Below, piece after piece: positions 12,888 through 26,628 of a stretch of 64,000 nt of DNA (positions are counted from its first letter, which is position 1; every line of letters starts with the position of its first letter). The stretch is from assembly GCA_951406725.2 (NCBI GenBank), contig OX597824.1:51708001-51772000 (forward strand), read 5' to 3'. The stretch is from Octopus vulgaris (taxonomy: Eukaryota). Made by a program: the position numbers and the translations under genes. The notes below the pieces were generated by a model. That model did no database searches. It had not been told where the DNA came from and saw only the letters and a program-made list of their open reading frames with translations.

Positions 12888-13419
12888 GCTGTAGACTCTG
12901 TATAATAAGTTTGCTGTTTGTTATCTAGAGGTTTTTAATTGTTAAGCTAATCATAACTCCTGTGGTCTAGTTGGTTGTTTAGTTTCTTGCACCTTTAAGG
13001 ATAAAGTTTGGAATAAAAAAAAAGTTATTCTTCGATAGCCAGCCAACCAACTAAAGAGGCCAGTGGAAGATGATTTTAAGAGGAAAAGGAAAACTGCTTT
13101 TAGATGTAGCCCCTTTACTCCGTCTATGGAAAAAAATTGTCTTCCTCTAAGAGTCCATATTACCATCACCATCACTGCTGCACTCTTCAAGAAAACAATA
13201 ACGATAATAACAGCAACTGTAACAACATACCAATAAAAAAGAATAACAACCTGTCAACCACCACCACCATCACCACCACCACCACCACCACCACCATCAC
13301 CACCACCACCACCACCACCACCGCCACTGCTGTCAAGACTGACACGAGCAACGCTACTACTATGACCTCGTCCTCAGAGGCTGTACCACTGCAATGAACA
13401 GCGATATTTACATCGCGGT

Positions 13420-14300
13420 CAAAATAAATGGCCGATCGTTGGAACAGTTTTGTATCACATTATTAGTTTATCAGGATGTCCTCGCTTCTGTATATGGTAA
13501 CTATTGAGGCATTACTGCAGAAAACGGAGCTTCGAAGAGCGTTCTGTCGGCACACATGCACGAGGTCACCGGAATTGTGATCGAAGTAATCGGCTACATA
13601 GAAGTAGTGAATGCATATACCATCTCCGTCATGTATTACTATTTGTTCGTTGAGCTTTGCCTCACTTACCCTTAACTTCTTGTGGAATGGATGCATTCCA
13701 CTTATCAGACAGTCTGCTGCCAATCTTTTGCTCGAAGGCATCGATATGTTGTGGCTGATGATGCTCAGACATGCGCTGAGGCTTCACTGGAAGGTGAAAA
13801 GATTGGTCATTCTTTGCCAGATTAATTTTCCTGCAACTCATTTTTTGTCGCAGTTGCAATCCTAGCATCTGGAATGTTGCCGGACGTTCACTGTCCTGGG
13901 AGATTAGTGGTGGTATAGAGGGACAACGTTCTCAAGAGAACTCAGAACGTGCGGCTCTGATCTAGAGGACTTTCAGTCTGGGAAGTATGAACCCTTTTCA
14001 GAAATTCCTGGCAACGTTAACGGGAGATGGACGTTGCCAGAATGAAATAAACTCTGCAATGACGGAAGCGCTTTCAGCCGGTGGGACTATTCTAGCACGC
14101 ATTTGTTTCGTGAGTATCGCTGAATTGAGGAGTTTTGTCAAACAGCTGGTGTCATGTGGAGAATGAACCCGGCTGTCAGCTGACTTTCTTCGGCTGGGAA
14201 GGGCAGGCCAGTTTGCCTCTGTCTGATGGATAAAGTGAAAATTGTATGGCCGACGCGGCTTAAAAAGCTGAAGACAAGATACCTCTTCGGTTAAGTCCTC
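13420..14300 (-). pseudogene. Possible highly decayed hAT-superfamily transposase
   Basis: Fragments across shifted frames: IRAA..., ENVVPL, (F)PDARIA...MSCRK, VADYFDHNSGDLV. They resemble the EHNxP...FPDSxIA...SCGRTK...RYFD pattern of hAT-like transposases. No TIR or TSD found. Confidence 0.35.
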
Positions 14301-14440
14301 ACATGTTTCACTTTGAGAGAAAGATAAGAATAGGGAGTGAAGTGCTGTAACCCAGTAATGTTGAAAGGTTGAGAGTAGTGAAAATGACTTGAGTAAATGA
14401 GGCTAGTTTTAGTTTACTCTTGTAGGCTGAAATGGAAGAT

Positions 14441-14500
<60 letters not shown>

Positions 14501-16543
14501 GTGGGGAACACTTGACTTTTGTACCCTTGGCAGTATGATTGATGTATAACATAACTTGTAGGTAACGGACTTAAACTATGTAGAAATGTCTTACTCCTCC
14601 ACGTTTATATTCTGCGGCAGGTTTTGGTGGGGTATTTTAATTCTCCAGAACCTTTAGAAAAGTAGCATAGATTTATCGAGCACACTTAATCAGTTATATG
14701 CCTCCAACAAATATGTGACTTTTCTCCAATGTGATAATACGTTATTTTATATCTTGCTCGTGTTCTTTCCGCCTCTTTGTCTCCATCTGCCATTATGTTT
14801 ACAGAAACTGTAGCTTTAAATAGCATATCAGGAGCTACCAGATGTACGATGCTATAAATAATTGCTTTGATCTTAAGAAACTGCTCACTAATAAAAGTCT
14901 TGCACCTATCTTTTGGCATAATATCTAGAGAATGATATAACTTTGAAGATCAGTGTACGTTTCAATGAGTGATTAGATCAACTGAATTCCATATGTAACT
15001 AGTGGGACACTACATGAGATGAGCTCAGTATTGCAAATTAGAAAAAGAAAACATTAATCCACAACAAATTGTAGATGGATCGAGTCATTTGACAGTTACA
15101 GACACAACACAGTTCCCGTGAAAAGATATATGCTGCCTACACCCCGATAAATTGTGTGCTACCGTTTAGGCTCGGTCATTTCGCTCTAAGAATCCTGTAT
15201 AAGGAGGAGGGAAAATTAGAGTTCATAAGGACGTTTAAGCAAACAAACTGTTAATGACTATATTAGTGGTTTTCTAGAGTCAATGATGGAATTATAACTT
15301 CATGAAGATCAAAGAATAAGCTAGAAATAAATAAAATAAAGAAAACATGCAAGCCCATTGGAGATGGGCTTCCTGCAAAGCAAGAGATCTGGAAAAATAC
15401 GTTAACTATAGCTTATACTTCACTTATATGCTTGTTGTACATGGGAAATGCTTTCTCATTTAAATTTTCCTGACCAATTATCCCTGAAACACCTTTTTGA
15501 GAGCATGATCACTAGCACACATAGATATCATAATGCCACAAACACTGTCGCTATTTATTATATATGTAAGGCGTAGTCATAGCAATGAAGTTAAGAAGTT
15601 CGTTTCGCAATCACATGATTTTGGGCTCGATCCAGCAGTGCATTACCCTGGGCAAAAGACTTTTAATGTAGACATGACTAGTGAGTGGACTAGGTAAATA
15701 GAAACCCTGCAGAAGCCCTGGGAATGTATTTTACTGTTAGTTCGTTTCCACGATTTAATAACTTGCAATTAGAGGTGACGATATGGAATATTTCTTCCAA
15801 GCATAGATTACATTTCGAATTTACAATAGTATACAATATGGGTGACAGGAGGAGAAAAGATGAACCAGTCAAGAGTGCATGAGGGGTGGTGGCATGAGAC
15901 AAACCTTCTCTGAGGAACACAAAAAGAGAAAACAGTATGGTTGTGGACCAGAGGCTAGAGCGTGTCTGCGAGTAATTTTTTACGGATGAATACGTCAATA
16001 TGAAAGCAAATATAATGTTTGGGAATTTTGATAATCTTGTATGGAGTGGAGAAACACATGCGCGGGTGTTTCCTTCCATTGCCCTCCATCACGTCAATAT
16101 TTAGTATTGCACAAAATAAATAGCTTATTGAAAAATTTTTCCAATATAGACCCCACTAGTTGAAACAGGGCAATGGGTTTTTATTTGCTGAATGCAGATA
16201 TGCTAATAATTATATTAGGACTTTTCTTATGAGATGCCCTCCCCACCACAAAAAGCAACAACTACATGTGCCTTGATTTGCACTCTGTTGTGCTACAAAT
16301 ACAATTTCTTCAGTATTTATATCTTGAAACGATAACGATGCGCTGTTCCGGTTGTCAGCTGCAATGAATGAATAGCTGCTATGAATATATACATAAGTAA
16401 TACATAGACTTACGCACGCACGCATACGCACAGATACGTACATATATTGGTAGGTGTGTATGTGAGACAGAGAGAGATAAAGAAGGAGTGTGTGTGTGTG
16501 TATATACATATACATGTTTAATATATTTGTATGCATTTACACG

Positions 16544-16607
<64 letters not shown>

Positions 16608-17339
16608 CACAAGTACATATATATATATTCATACGTAAATATAAATACATACGTATGTATGTAGATTCTCGTACATATACAAATATACACTCCTACTACT
16701 CATATACAGCTACACACACACTCAGAGTTATCTCGGTTAGGAAATTTGCTAGTGTGTGTATTTACTTAAGAAAGTAAAAAAAAAGAACGAAATGAAGAAG
16801 AAAATGTCAAAGCAAACTTTTACATTTTCTTCAAACTCATTTCGTTTACTTAGCAAAATACTAAGTACATTTTCAGCTCTTCCTCAAAATATATTCCATA
16901 TTTCTACAGTTTACCATTTAAACAAAAATGTAACACTTTAATACCGGAAATTTCGAAATCATAATAATAATGATTTCTAACTTACGCACATGAGTACACA
17001 AGTTGGGGATAAGTACACTGTCGATTCAATCTCTATACCAACTCTTCATCAGTTCTGTTTCATTGAGCACAAAATATGAAAAACGAAGTCAATCTTTATG
17101 GAATTTGACACTAGGTTATAAAAGAATGCAGCTAAAACTGCATATGATATTTCTCCAAAGATCTGTCGATTTTCATATAATTTAAAGCATCATTTTCCCT
17201 TAATTGCTTTATTTGTTTAAACAATTCAAAACCAATTGTTCACCGAGTCATCAACAGCTATTATTGCGCTACATATGCAGAGTGTATGTATGTATGCATT
17301 TTCTTTTCTAATTTTAGTTATTTAAGTCCTTCCTTTGAA

Positions 17340-18335
17340 GAAGGAACTGGTTTCTAACAAAGATACAAAGTTCTATATTTAAGAGATGAGGAATTATGTA
17401 CATTATTTACATTTGATGGATATTTGTCCTCATCTTGTTTGTTGTTAACACAACGTTTCGGCTGATATACCTTCCAGCCTTCTTGGGGAAATTTCGAACC
17501 TGAGTTCTCATTCCTAAGGTATTTTTTGATGTTATCATCATCATCATTATCATTATTATTATTATTCAGGTCACTGAATAATAGTATTCGAACTCGGAAT
17601 CTTGGGGTTAGTAGCCCGAGCTCTTAACTACTACGCCATATGTCCATGGGCAATTATGGAGTGAATTTTAGGGCTTATAAATCTAATATTTTCCTATTCT
17701 TCCTTAATATCAGTTCCCATATGCTACTCATATCTGCACTCGGTCTGCTTAGGAAGTTGTTGTGTCCTTGCATATGTGCTGCTTCTATTAGTTTTCGTAT
17801 TTTCCAGTGGCGTTCTCTGTTTATTATTTTTATTTCATCCCACAGGGAGAAGTGGTCTCCATTTTTCCATATATGATCAGCGATACCCGATTTATCAATA
17901 TCTCCTCGTGTCACAGCTTTGCGATGTTCGTCTGCCCTTATTTTGAGAGGCGGCATGTTTCGCCTTTGAATAACCTACCACAGCTGCATGGGATGGAGTA
18001 CAGTCTTTGGTCATATTCTCTTCTATTGGTGGTTTTACTTGAAGGAGATATTTGCGAAGTGTTGTATTACTTTTGAATACTGTCCTGATGTCATATGGGA
18101 CGCATATCTCTTGTATCTTTTCGGAGAGGCCTTTCACAGAGGGTAGACAGACTGTGGACAGTTAATTGGTTTCATCCTCTATTTTCTTCATAATTGGAGT
18201 GGATATTATGTTTTTAGGGTAGTTGTTACTTAATAGATTGTTAATTAGCTTGCTCATTTCTTCGTGGTGGGTATCATGATCTCTACTTATATTCTTTGCT
18301 CGACGTTTTAGGAACTGAGCGATCCCTTTCTTTAC
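17340..18335 (-). mobile_element. Penelope-like element 3' part (RT thumb/linker, GIY-YIG, 3' pLTR-like region)
   Basis: ORFs 17895-18137 and 17675-17956 plus a shifted YSIPCSCG..FKGET: KGLSEKIQEIC...VFKSNTTLR, EHRKAV...KSGIADHIW...WDEIKII.RE.HWKIRKLIEA. Hammerhead remnant downstream, inverted terminal piece at 18385-18430. Confidence 0.88.
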
Positions 18336-18415
18336 ACTGTATGGATGTTGGGAAATGAAGTTGAGGTATCATCCAGTGAAGATCGCAAGATTCCGAGTTC
18401 GATTTCAGGCAGTGA

Positions 18416-18500
<85 letters not shown>

Positions 18501-18502
<2 letters not shown>

Positions 18503-18986
18503 GGTCACAGAAAACGAGAAAGCAACCATACTCTGGGATATGCCGATACACACAGATAGAGAAATTAAGGCCAACAGACCAGATATAGTTGTCAGAGATC
18601 ATGAAGAAAAAAATGCTTTCTAATTGATGTATCAATACCGGCAGATGACAACGTGTCTCTAAAAGAAATGGAGAAACTCTCAAAATACAAAGACCTGGAA
18701 ATAGAGGTAACTAGAATGTGGAACCTGAAAACAGAAACAATTCCTATCATAGTAGGTGCATTAGGCATGATAAAAAAATATTCAGACAAATACATAACAA
18801 AAACACCAGGACTTACAAACACATATAACATACAGAAAATTGCACTACTAGGCACTGCACACATCCTACGCAGAACACTTTCCATACAATAACCATCAGA
18901 GCATCACAACAAATCACAGCACATACCCAAGGCACACAGAGCTGCGCTCGGTAGTGAAGTGAAAGCACGCTATAAAAATAAAACTA

Positions 18987-18992
<6 letters not shown>
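18501..18992 (+). mobile_element. Dong/R4-clade non-LTR retrotransposon 3' end (restriction-like endonuclease) inserted in (TAA)n
   Basis: ILWDMPIHTDREIKANRPDIVV...LIDVSIP.DDNVSLKEMEKLSKYKDL...IPIIVGALG (PD..D/ExK RLE). (AAT)n on both sides. Dong elements are known TAA-repeat targeters. Confidence 0.92.
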
Positions 18993-19037
<45 letters not shown>

Positions 19038-19233
19038 AATAATGATAATAATAATAATAATGATAACAACAACAACAACAACAACCACAACAGCAATAAT
19101 AATAATAATAATAATAATACCATCGTTGGAATGTAGTTAACGAAATCAATGTCACATTTTAAACTTAAGAAAAGTCATGCATAAGCTTTACTGTTCTGCT
19201 TACAGATTGCATTTGTAATGGGCGAGTCAGCTG

Positions 19234-19264
<31 letters not shown>

Positions 19265-19318
19265 TGTATGTATGTATGTATGTATGTATGTATGTATGTA
19301 TGTATGCATGTATGTATG

Positions 19319-20300
19319 AAGGGAGGAGACTAACAAGAGCTTGGGCGTGTGGGCTGCCACTCGGTATAGAGCCCGAATGAATAGAGGACAATATCCATCG
19401 GAGTCTGGGTGGCAACACTGCCAAGCTTTTGAATGTCAAAATCCTGTCTGCGGCTGATTGGGTGGGGTCAAAAGCAATTTTGACCTTATGGACCCAATCA
19501 GCCAAAGATCTGGTTTTTCCAGATTTCCTAAAGATGGCCGGTTCTAGGTATCCGGTGATTCTTGAGGGACACCCCACCAAGTGTCACCTGTGCCTGGAAT
19601 TGGGTCATATTAAGAAAAACTGCCCCAGGGACCAAAGTAAGGTCCTGGAGCAACTAATTGAAAATGTGTCCCCTGCTCCCACTTTGGAGGGAGAGGAGAG
19701 AGGAAAGGAAAAAGTTGAGGAGGCGGTAACCTCCTCGAAAACAAAAGGGAAGAAATGAAAGAAGGTGGGCAACAATGGTTATCCACCAATGGATCCTAAG
19801 GCGGCGGGAGGGAACTCCACCCTCCCGTCGTAAAGGAAAAGAAAAAAAGAAAGAAGAAAAACGGGGCATTGACGGCGGTTGTTGGTGCACTGGCGGCATG
19901 TCCCGAAACCCCTTCGATGGGACGTGTGCCACCGGAGAGGGAGAAGAAGAAGGCCCCTCCCAGTGGAAATGTTGAAGAATATGTGATTTTCTATCTCAGG
20001 GGAGGGGCTATAGAGAATTTTATAGAAATTTCCTTTAATAGTCGGGACCTGATGTACCCGACTTGTATTCCGGAGTGGTCTCCGCAGGTGGATGCTCTGG
20101 TACTAGGAGAAAGGAACTTTACTATATAATGGACTCTTTCTCAAAGGAGGAGTATAGATCTTGTTTATGGGCCCCCAACTTGCGGCTGCAGGAATGCCTG
20201 CAGGAGGCAAGAAAGTTGATTGGGGATGAAGACTCATTTGTGTAAAAGGTTTATCGCCTCATTATATGTGTTATATTGTTTTTATAATGGACTTTTTAGT
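19319..20300 (+). mobile_element. Tx1/L1-type ORF1 (gag-like) fragment with CCHC zinc knuckle
   Basis: VILEGHPTKCHLCLELGHIKKNCP (CX2CX4HX4C), then a low-complexity linker and a C-terminal domain. Same layout as ORF1 at 60150-61350. No ORF2 follows. Confidence 0.75.
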
Positions 20301-20599
20301 CCATAAATTGGAACAATTGCAAAATTGTAAGTGGGTTAATACATCATTCAGTGCTTTTTAAAAAGAACAGTGTTTTAGAGAAGCAAAAGTCTTCTCCCAT
20401 TCTTATCATCCTTGTATCATTATCATTCATCTCATTAATGTCCGTATCCAGCCCGCAAGCTACCTTACTCTATGTACTGCCTTTATGGCAAATTTAATAA
20501 AATAATGTATGTATGTATGTATGTATGTATGTATGTATGTATGTATGTATGTATGTATGTATGTATGTATGTATGTATGTGTGCATGTGTGTATGTTCT

Positions 20600-20917
20600 C
20601 TTTCGGTTTTTAATTTGGAGTAGATTTTGACGGCCACCTACTTGATAGCAAGGTTGTGAAGAAAAGTATCTTCTTTTAGCCATCGTCCTTTAAATCTTAA
20701 GAAGGTCTTGCAGATTTTTATAGACCCAGATATTGTGATTATTTGTAGCATATGAATTAAGGATTTGCATTCTATCTGCAAGATCTCAGGTTCAGCCATA
20801 CTTTGCTCCAGGCAGATTGGTATGTATCCTGTTGCTCCAATAAAAATAGGTATGAAGCTATCAACGGTCCAGAGATGTCCTCTTTCTCTTGTATTTTTCT
20901 AACCTCATTCGTGTCCA
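20600..20917 (-). mobile_element. R4-like RLE LINE 3' fragment in (TATG)n
   Basis: Minus strand encodes LQIITISGSIKICKTFLRF, like the C-termini at 46840 and 54950. (TATG)n on both sides. Confidence 0.6.
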
Positions 20918-20919
20918 TG

Positions 20920-20953
<34 letters not shown>

Positions 20954-21828
20954 TGTATGTATGTATGTATGTATGTATGTCATTGACTGAGGGCCAAATG
21001 TAAAGGTTTATCTTATTAAACTCAAATGACTTAAATAATTTCAAAAACTTTTATGCAGTGGTTTTTGTAAACAGTTAAGCTTGGATACATCGTTATTGCA
21101 ACATACATGCATTCTTAAAGTTTAACTTTTCCAAGTTTCCACGATATGTGGAGCTTTTGACATGGTGTTTATTGATAATTTAAATTTTGTGATTAAAGAA
21201 AATATCATCTTCATGTTTTACTTTACATATTTTCTTTCAATTCTAACTTGATATACAACACACAAAACAGAATCACCTCTAACAGAAATGCCATTCGTTT
21301 AGCAAAAATCTCTGTGTCATCGTTTGGTGCAGGTTGGTGCTCCGGCAGAAAGAAGTCTATTTGGCTCAACACGTGAGCATACAGTTAAGAGCTGACCATG
21401 CGAGAATTATGAACTTGTCACTTTAAGTATATCAACTCTGAGGGATTATGAGGGACTATAAGACATGCTGATCGCCATAGATAGAGGCAGGGCTACTGAT
21501 AATTGAAAGTGCTTGAAATGAAATAGCATATCTAACGAGATGTGGAGATCGCAAGGAATGAAAACATTGCCTTGTTTGGCACAACCAGTCATAATGTAGT
21601 TTGGATCACATAGAACATAAGAATTTTGACAATTACCTTTGTACCAATACAGGGTTTTGGTGCATCTAAATTACGTAGCAATATGTTGCTTGCGTGAACG
21701 AGCTTTTAGCAGAAATTACGCTGATGAAAAATAGTTTTACCTCTTTCAGAAGCATCAAGTAAAATTATTCCTAAGACAATTTGTACGTTACACCATCGTC
21801 CAAACGTCTCTGTCAGGGAACTGAAAGC

Positions 21829-21829
21829 T

Positions 21830-21921
<92 letters not shown>
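21829..21921. repeat. (GA)n microsatellite
   Basis: Seen directly. Confidence 0.98.
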
Positions 21922-21924
<3 letters not shown>

Positions 21925-22003
21925 GAGCAGAGATTTAAACTTTTATACTTCGATATAAAATTGTGCGTGCTTAAAGTGATTTTCCAGTATCAGTAATAAG
22001 AAG

Positions 22004-22133
22004 GAACAAGACCTGAAATTTTAAGGAGGGAATAAGTCGATTAATTCGACCCTGAAACTCAGAACGTGAAGACAGACGAAGTACCTTGAGGCATTTCGCC
22101 CGGTGTGCTAACGATTCTACCAGCTCGCCGCCT
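22004..22133 (-). mobile_element. SINE family A, internally deleted
   Basis: GCTAACGATTCTACCAGCTCGCCGCCTT head in reverse, tail ACAAGACCTGAAATTTT. Confidence 0.8.
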
Positions 22134-23739
22134 TTCCGGTATCTGTAATAATATCGGAGAAATCTATTTCATGCAAAATATCTATGGAATATGTATTGGA
22201 ATGTTGTTAGTATTGAAATTATATCTTCTAAAAAATATCATTTAAAAGTTAGGAGTCGTTTCCATAAATCATTGTTTAACGTTTAAATTTGTTTATACTT
22301 CTAAAATATTCAGCAGTTTAATGAATCCGACTCAATTTTTTTAACAAACTTACATCGATACTTGTAGATATGTATTTATATAGCTGTTGTACAATATATC
22401 TGCATATATAATTATAATATACGTATGTATATATAGTCCCAGTGGTCTGCATTTGTCATTTGCTGAGGTATGTAATTTTGAAGTATTTTAGTTCACTCAA
22501 CTGTAAATACGTACGAAGAGACATGGCACTAATTACTTTTCTCGTGTTTTGTTAGTTTGCACTATATTATTCAATATCACTATATATATATCAGCGACAG
22601 AGGCAGTATTAATACCGGTAGCAAATATTTATTCCTACTTAAGCGTGGATGTTCTGTTAGAACAAACTTTGCTGCTATGGATACCATGAGAGTAACTGTC
22701 ATATTGGTTTTTGGTACAAAATGCACTCTTGTTTATATCGCTAGCGGGGAGATAAATCCCCACAATCTCCAGCCCCGAGATCACCAGGTCATGTGACTTT
22801 CGACCTTCTTCAGTCTCATCAATGATGGACGCTAAACCGTTAGTGATAGCAATAACTCATCTCGCTCCAAGAGATATATACAAAATCCGTTCACTATTTT
22901 AAGAGAGTTGGCTGTAAGTTGAAGGATATATGGTCGTTACTTCTAACGAGTCGAGGGACAACATGGGAGTTCTCCCACTGTAGTGTATAAGTATGGTTAT
23001 TCCCTGTTAATATGAATACTGTTTAGCTTCTGCATTAAATCCCAGCCCATAGCCGCAGCACAGAAATACATAACCTACAGCAGTCTACTGAGGATGGGTT
23101 TGTACAGGATGCAGGAAACTCTCTTAATTTTCTTTTCGAGCTATATCTCTATGCATTAAGCTTCAGGAGGTTTCTATTATATTCATTTTTAAAAAGTTCC
23201 TTAAGATACTCTAGCCATCTGGTGACGCGTAAATTACATTGCTTGAGATTGTATTTGAAAATATGGAATTGATAAAGCTGGCTTACAACATCGTTTCCCT
23301 AGACAACTGTCGCTCATACTGTTATATTTACATAAACTAGTTGACATATACATAGATACGCACGTATGTGTATATATATGGATAAATGCATGTCTGTATG
23401 TGTGTGCTTGTATGTGTGTATATATACATATGTGCGTGTGTGTGTGTGTGTGTGTGCGTGTGTGTTGCGTTATTCCTATTAATGCGTGTGTAAACGTGTG
23501 TGCACAGCTCTTTAAGATGCGAATAATAATATTAGGTAGTTATTGTTATCAAAAGTAAGAGGACCGAAATGTAACTTGTAGGGGCTGTTACATATTTTCT
23601 TTACACTGGGTTTTCCGTTTGCTTAATTAACATAAAGTCCTTATCACTGACTACCTGTTGAATGGTTGTGCGCTGTCAGTTACTGAACATCTCAGAGGGA
23701 CAAAGTTTGTGTTACATAGGCTTACGTAGATCTTTCTTT

Positions 23740-23798
<59 letters not shown>

Positions 23799-24605
23799 GT
23801 GCGTGTGTGTGCGTGTGTGTGTGTGTATGTGTGTGTATGCATGTAGGGGTGTGTGGTATGTATGTATGTGTGTGTTTGTACGGATGCAAATAAACAAATA
23901 AAACTGCTTAAATATTTGTTTATTTGCATCATCGTTTCCATATCTACTCACCTGGATTCCTCTTAGAGTTACTTTTTACGTTGCGGACTTAGTCCTCGGT
24001 AAAGATTTGGGAGTGTAATTTCAAATCAGTTGAGCGATCTCTGGATCTCATCTTTTGATTCTCTCTTTCTCCCCTCTCTCTGTATTAATAGTAAGTTCGT
24101 AATAGATTTTCTGTAATATGAAAGGAACGTACATGACTTAGTATTCTGGTGATGATTATGTTCTCTCTCCATAATTCGGTACCCAGTACAAATAATTTCC
24201 TTATCGGCTGTCAAGGCGTGGAATTAACCCTTTCTAATTTTGGCACACGGCCAGCAGATTTTGAGTGGCGAAAAAGTCGATTACATCAATCCCAGTACTC
24301 AACTGATATTTATTTTATCGACCCCTAAACGAATAAAAGTCGGCCAGCGCGGAAAAGATATGAAACTTAAATGTTTCTCATTTCTTTATGCCACCACCAC
24401 CCTAAAACGCTTGCTGACGTTCTTCAGCTTTCCTCAAGCAGGTAGTACTTTCATCTTTGTATAATACGCGTTCCTCAATTTTAAATTCTTTCATTCGTTT
24501 CAGCCATGCAACTTCAGTCATGCTGGAGCACCACCGTAGGAGCACATTTTAAATCAATAGCTTTAAAGCAGGCACAAACTGCATAACCAATCGTGGTTCA
24601 AGGGA

Positions 24606-24820
24606 AGGCAGCGAGATGGCAGAACTGTTAACATGTCGGGCTAAATGCTGAGTAGCATCTCGTCCGTTTTTACGTTCTGAATTTAAATTCTGTCGAGGTC
24701 GACTTTGCCTTTCATCCTTTCGGGATCGATAAGGTAAAGACCAATGGAATACTGGTGTCGATAAAAATCGACTTATCTACTTCCTCGAAATTGTTGGCCT
24801 TTGTGCCAAAATTTGAAATC
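24606..24820 (+). mobile_element. SINE family A
   Basis: GGCAGCGAGATGGCAGAA head, GTCGACTTTGCCTTTCATCCTTTCGG core. A partial minus-strand copy lies at ~24236-24345. Confidence 0.88.
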
Positions 24821-25225
24821 ATTACTACAGTTGGGATGTTGGGTTTGTTTTTATTCCAACTATTCAGCTTTCATCGGAAGTAAATGGGGTGTCTTAAAAA
24901 AACCCAACAGTATTGAGAGTTAGGAATACGTCCAGTTCATCAATATTAGCACGGTAGAATACCACTCCATACTTGTTAATCACTTGAACATAATTACAAC
25001 TGTATTGATGCATTGGTGAATGATATCGTTTATAATTAGATTGGTATTACATCAATGCAGACTCACAAGTCCCAAGTTAAGAGAGAGAAAACAAAAGAAG
25101 ATAAAATGCTGCATATCAACAGATTTAACAAAAGGTAGATTTACTCTCATACAAAAAGCCAACTGACCAAAATATAAAAGAATTACGCTATTAAATCGAA
25201 CCGAAATATTTGGAGTACCCTTTAA

Positions 25226-25436
25226 GTGTTTCAGTCATTGGATTGCAGCCTTGCTGGGCACCACCTTGAAGCAGATTTAGTTGTGTTAATTGACCCTAGT
25301 ATTCATGCTTTCTTTTTCAAAAGCCCTGTACTTACACTGTCGGTATCTTTTGCTGAATCGCTAAGTTGGGAAGAGTGTAAAGAAACCAACACCTGTTGTC
25401 AAGCGGTGGAGGGGACAAACACGGACACAAAGACAT

Positions 25437-25503
<67 letters not shown>

Positions 25504-25986
25504 CACACACATACACATACACACACATATATATACACACGCACATACACATGCACACACATATTCTTTTATTCTTTTTCTTTTATTTGTTTCAGTCATT
25601 CGACTGCGGCCATGCTGGAGCACCGTCTTTAGTTGATCGACCCCAGGACTTATTTTTTGCAAGCCTATTCTATCACTTTCTTTTGCTGAACCGCTAAGTT
25701 ACGAGGACTTAAACACATCAAGATCGGTTGTCAAGTGATGGTGGGGAGATAAACACAGATACACACAAATTTACACACGCACGTGCGCACACACACACAC
25801 ATACGACGGGCTTCTTTCGGTTTCCGTCTACCAAATCCACTCACATGGTTTTAGTCGGTCCTATGCTATAGTAGAAGACACTCGCCCAACGTGCTACGCA
25901 GGGGAACTGAACCTGGAACCATGTGGTTGGTAAGCAAGCTACTTACCGCATAACCATTCCTGCTCTTACGGCCATTCCCGCACCTA
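25226..25986 (-). mobile_element. Two tandem SINE family B copies (partial 25226-25440, full 25565-25986)
   Basis: TTTCAGTCATT...GCGGCCATGCTGGAGCACC tail and core blocks in reverse. Confidence 0.88.
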
Positions 25987-25998
25987 TACATACATACA

Positions 25999-26113
<115 letters not shown>

Positions 26114-26367
26114 CTGGCCATTGATTTTAAAAAGATACAATGGAACTTTATTATTGACCAGGTTGCAAGAATACGAAGAAACTTTTTGAAACTTTATAGT
26201 AGACGGTGCTATTAAGAAATACAGATAAAGTTTTATAAAGCAGTTTTGATATATTCTTAACTGGTTAAAATAACTATTTCACGATGTAAATAATTCAGTT
26301 TAAAGTTCCTGATCAAGTCATTTGTCAGACAAAGAGAAACTTGAACTTAACGTCACAAGTGTATAGT

Positions 26368-26440
<73 letters not shown>

Positions 26441-26628
26441 TGTATATATTACTCCCTGTGCCTGTGAAATCTTGAATCCCTGCCGTAAGGGTTTAATTCC
26501 ACACACGCTAGCTTAATTTAATTCGCCCTTACTCGAAAGACACCTATTGTTATGTCCTATTATTATTTTTATTGTACTTGTGTAACATTGTCCGTTTTTT
26601 CGTCCTTGTTTTTGTATACATTCGCTGC

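Noticed and set aside
10460-21800. Faint old LINE traces (about 10540 NAFDM, 15350 DGLPA..IWK, 21450-21550)
   Set aside because: Only a few residues of similarity, too weak to delimit or classify.
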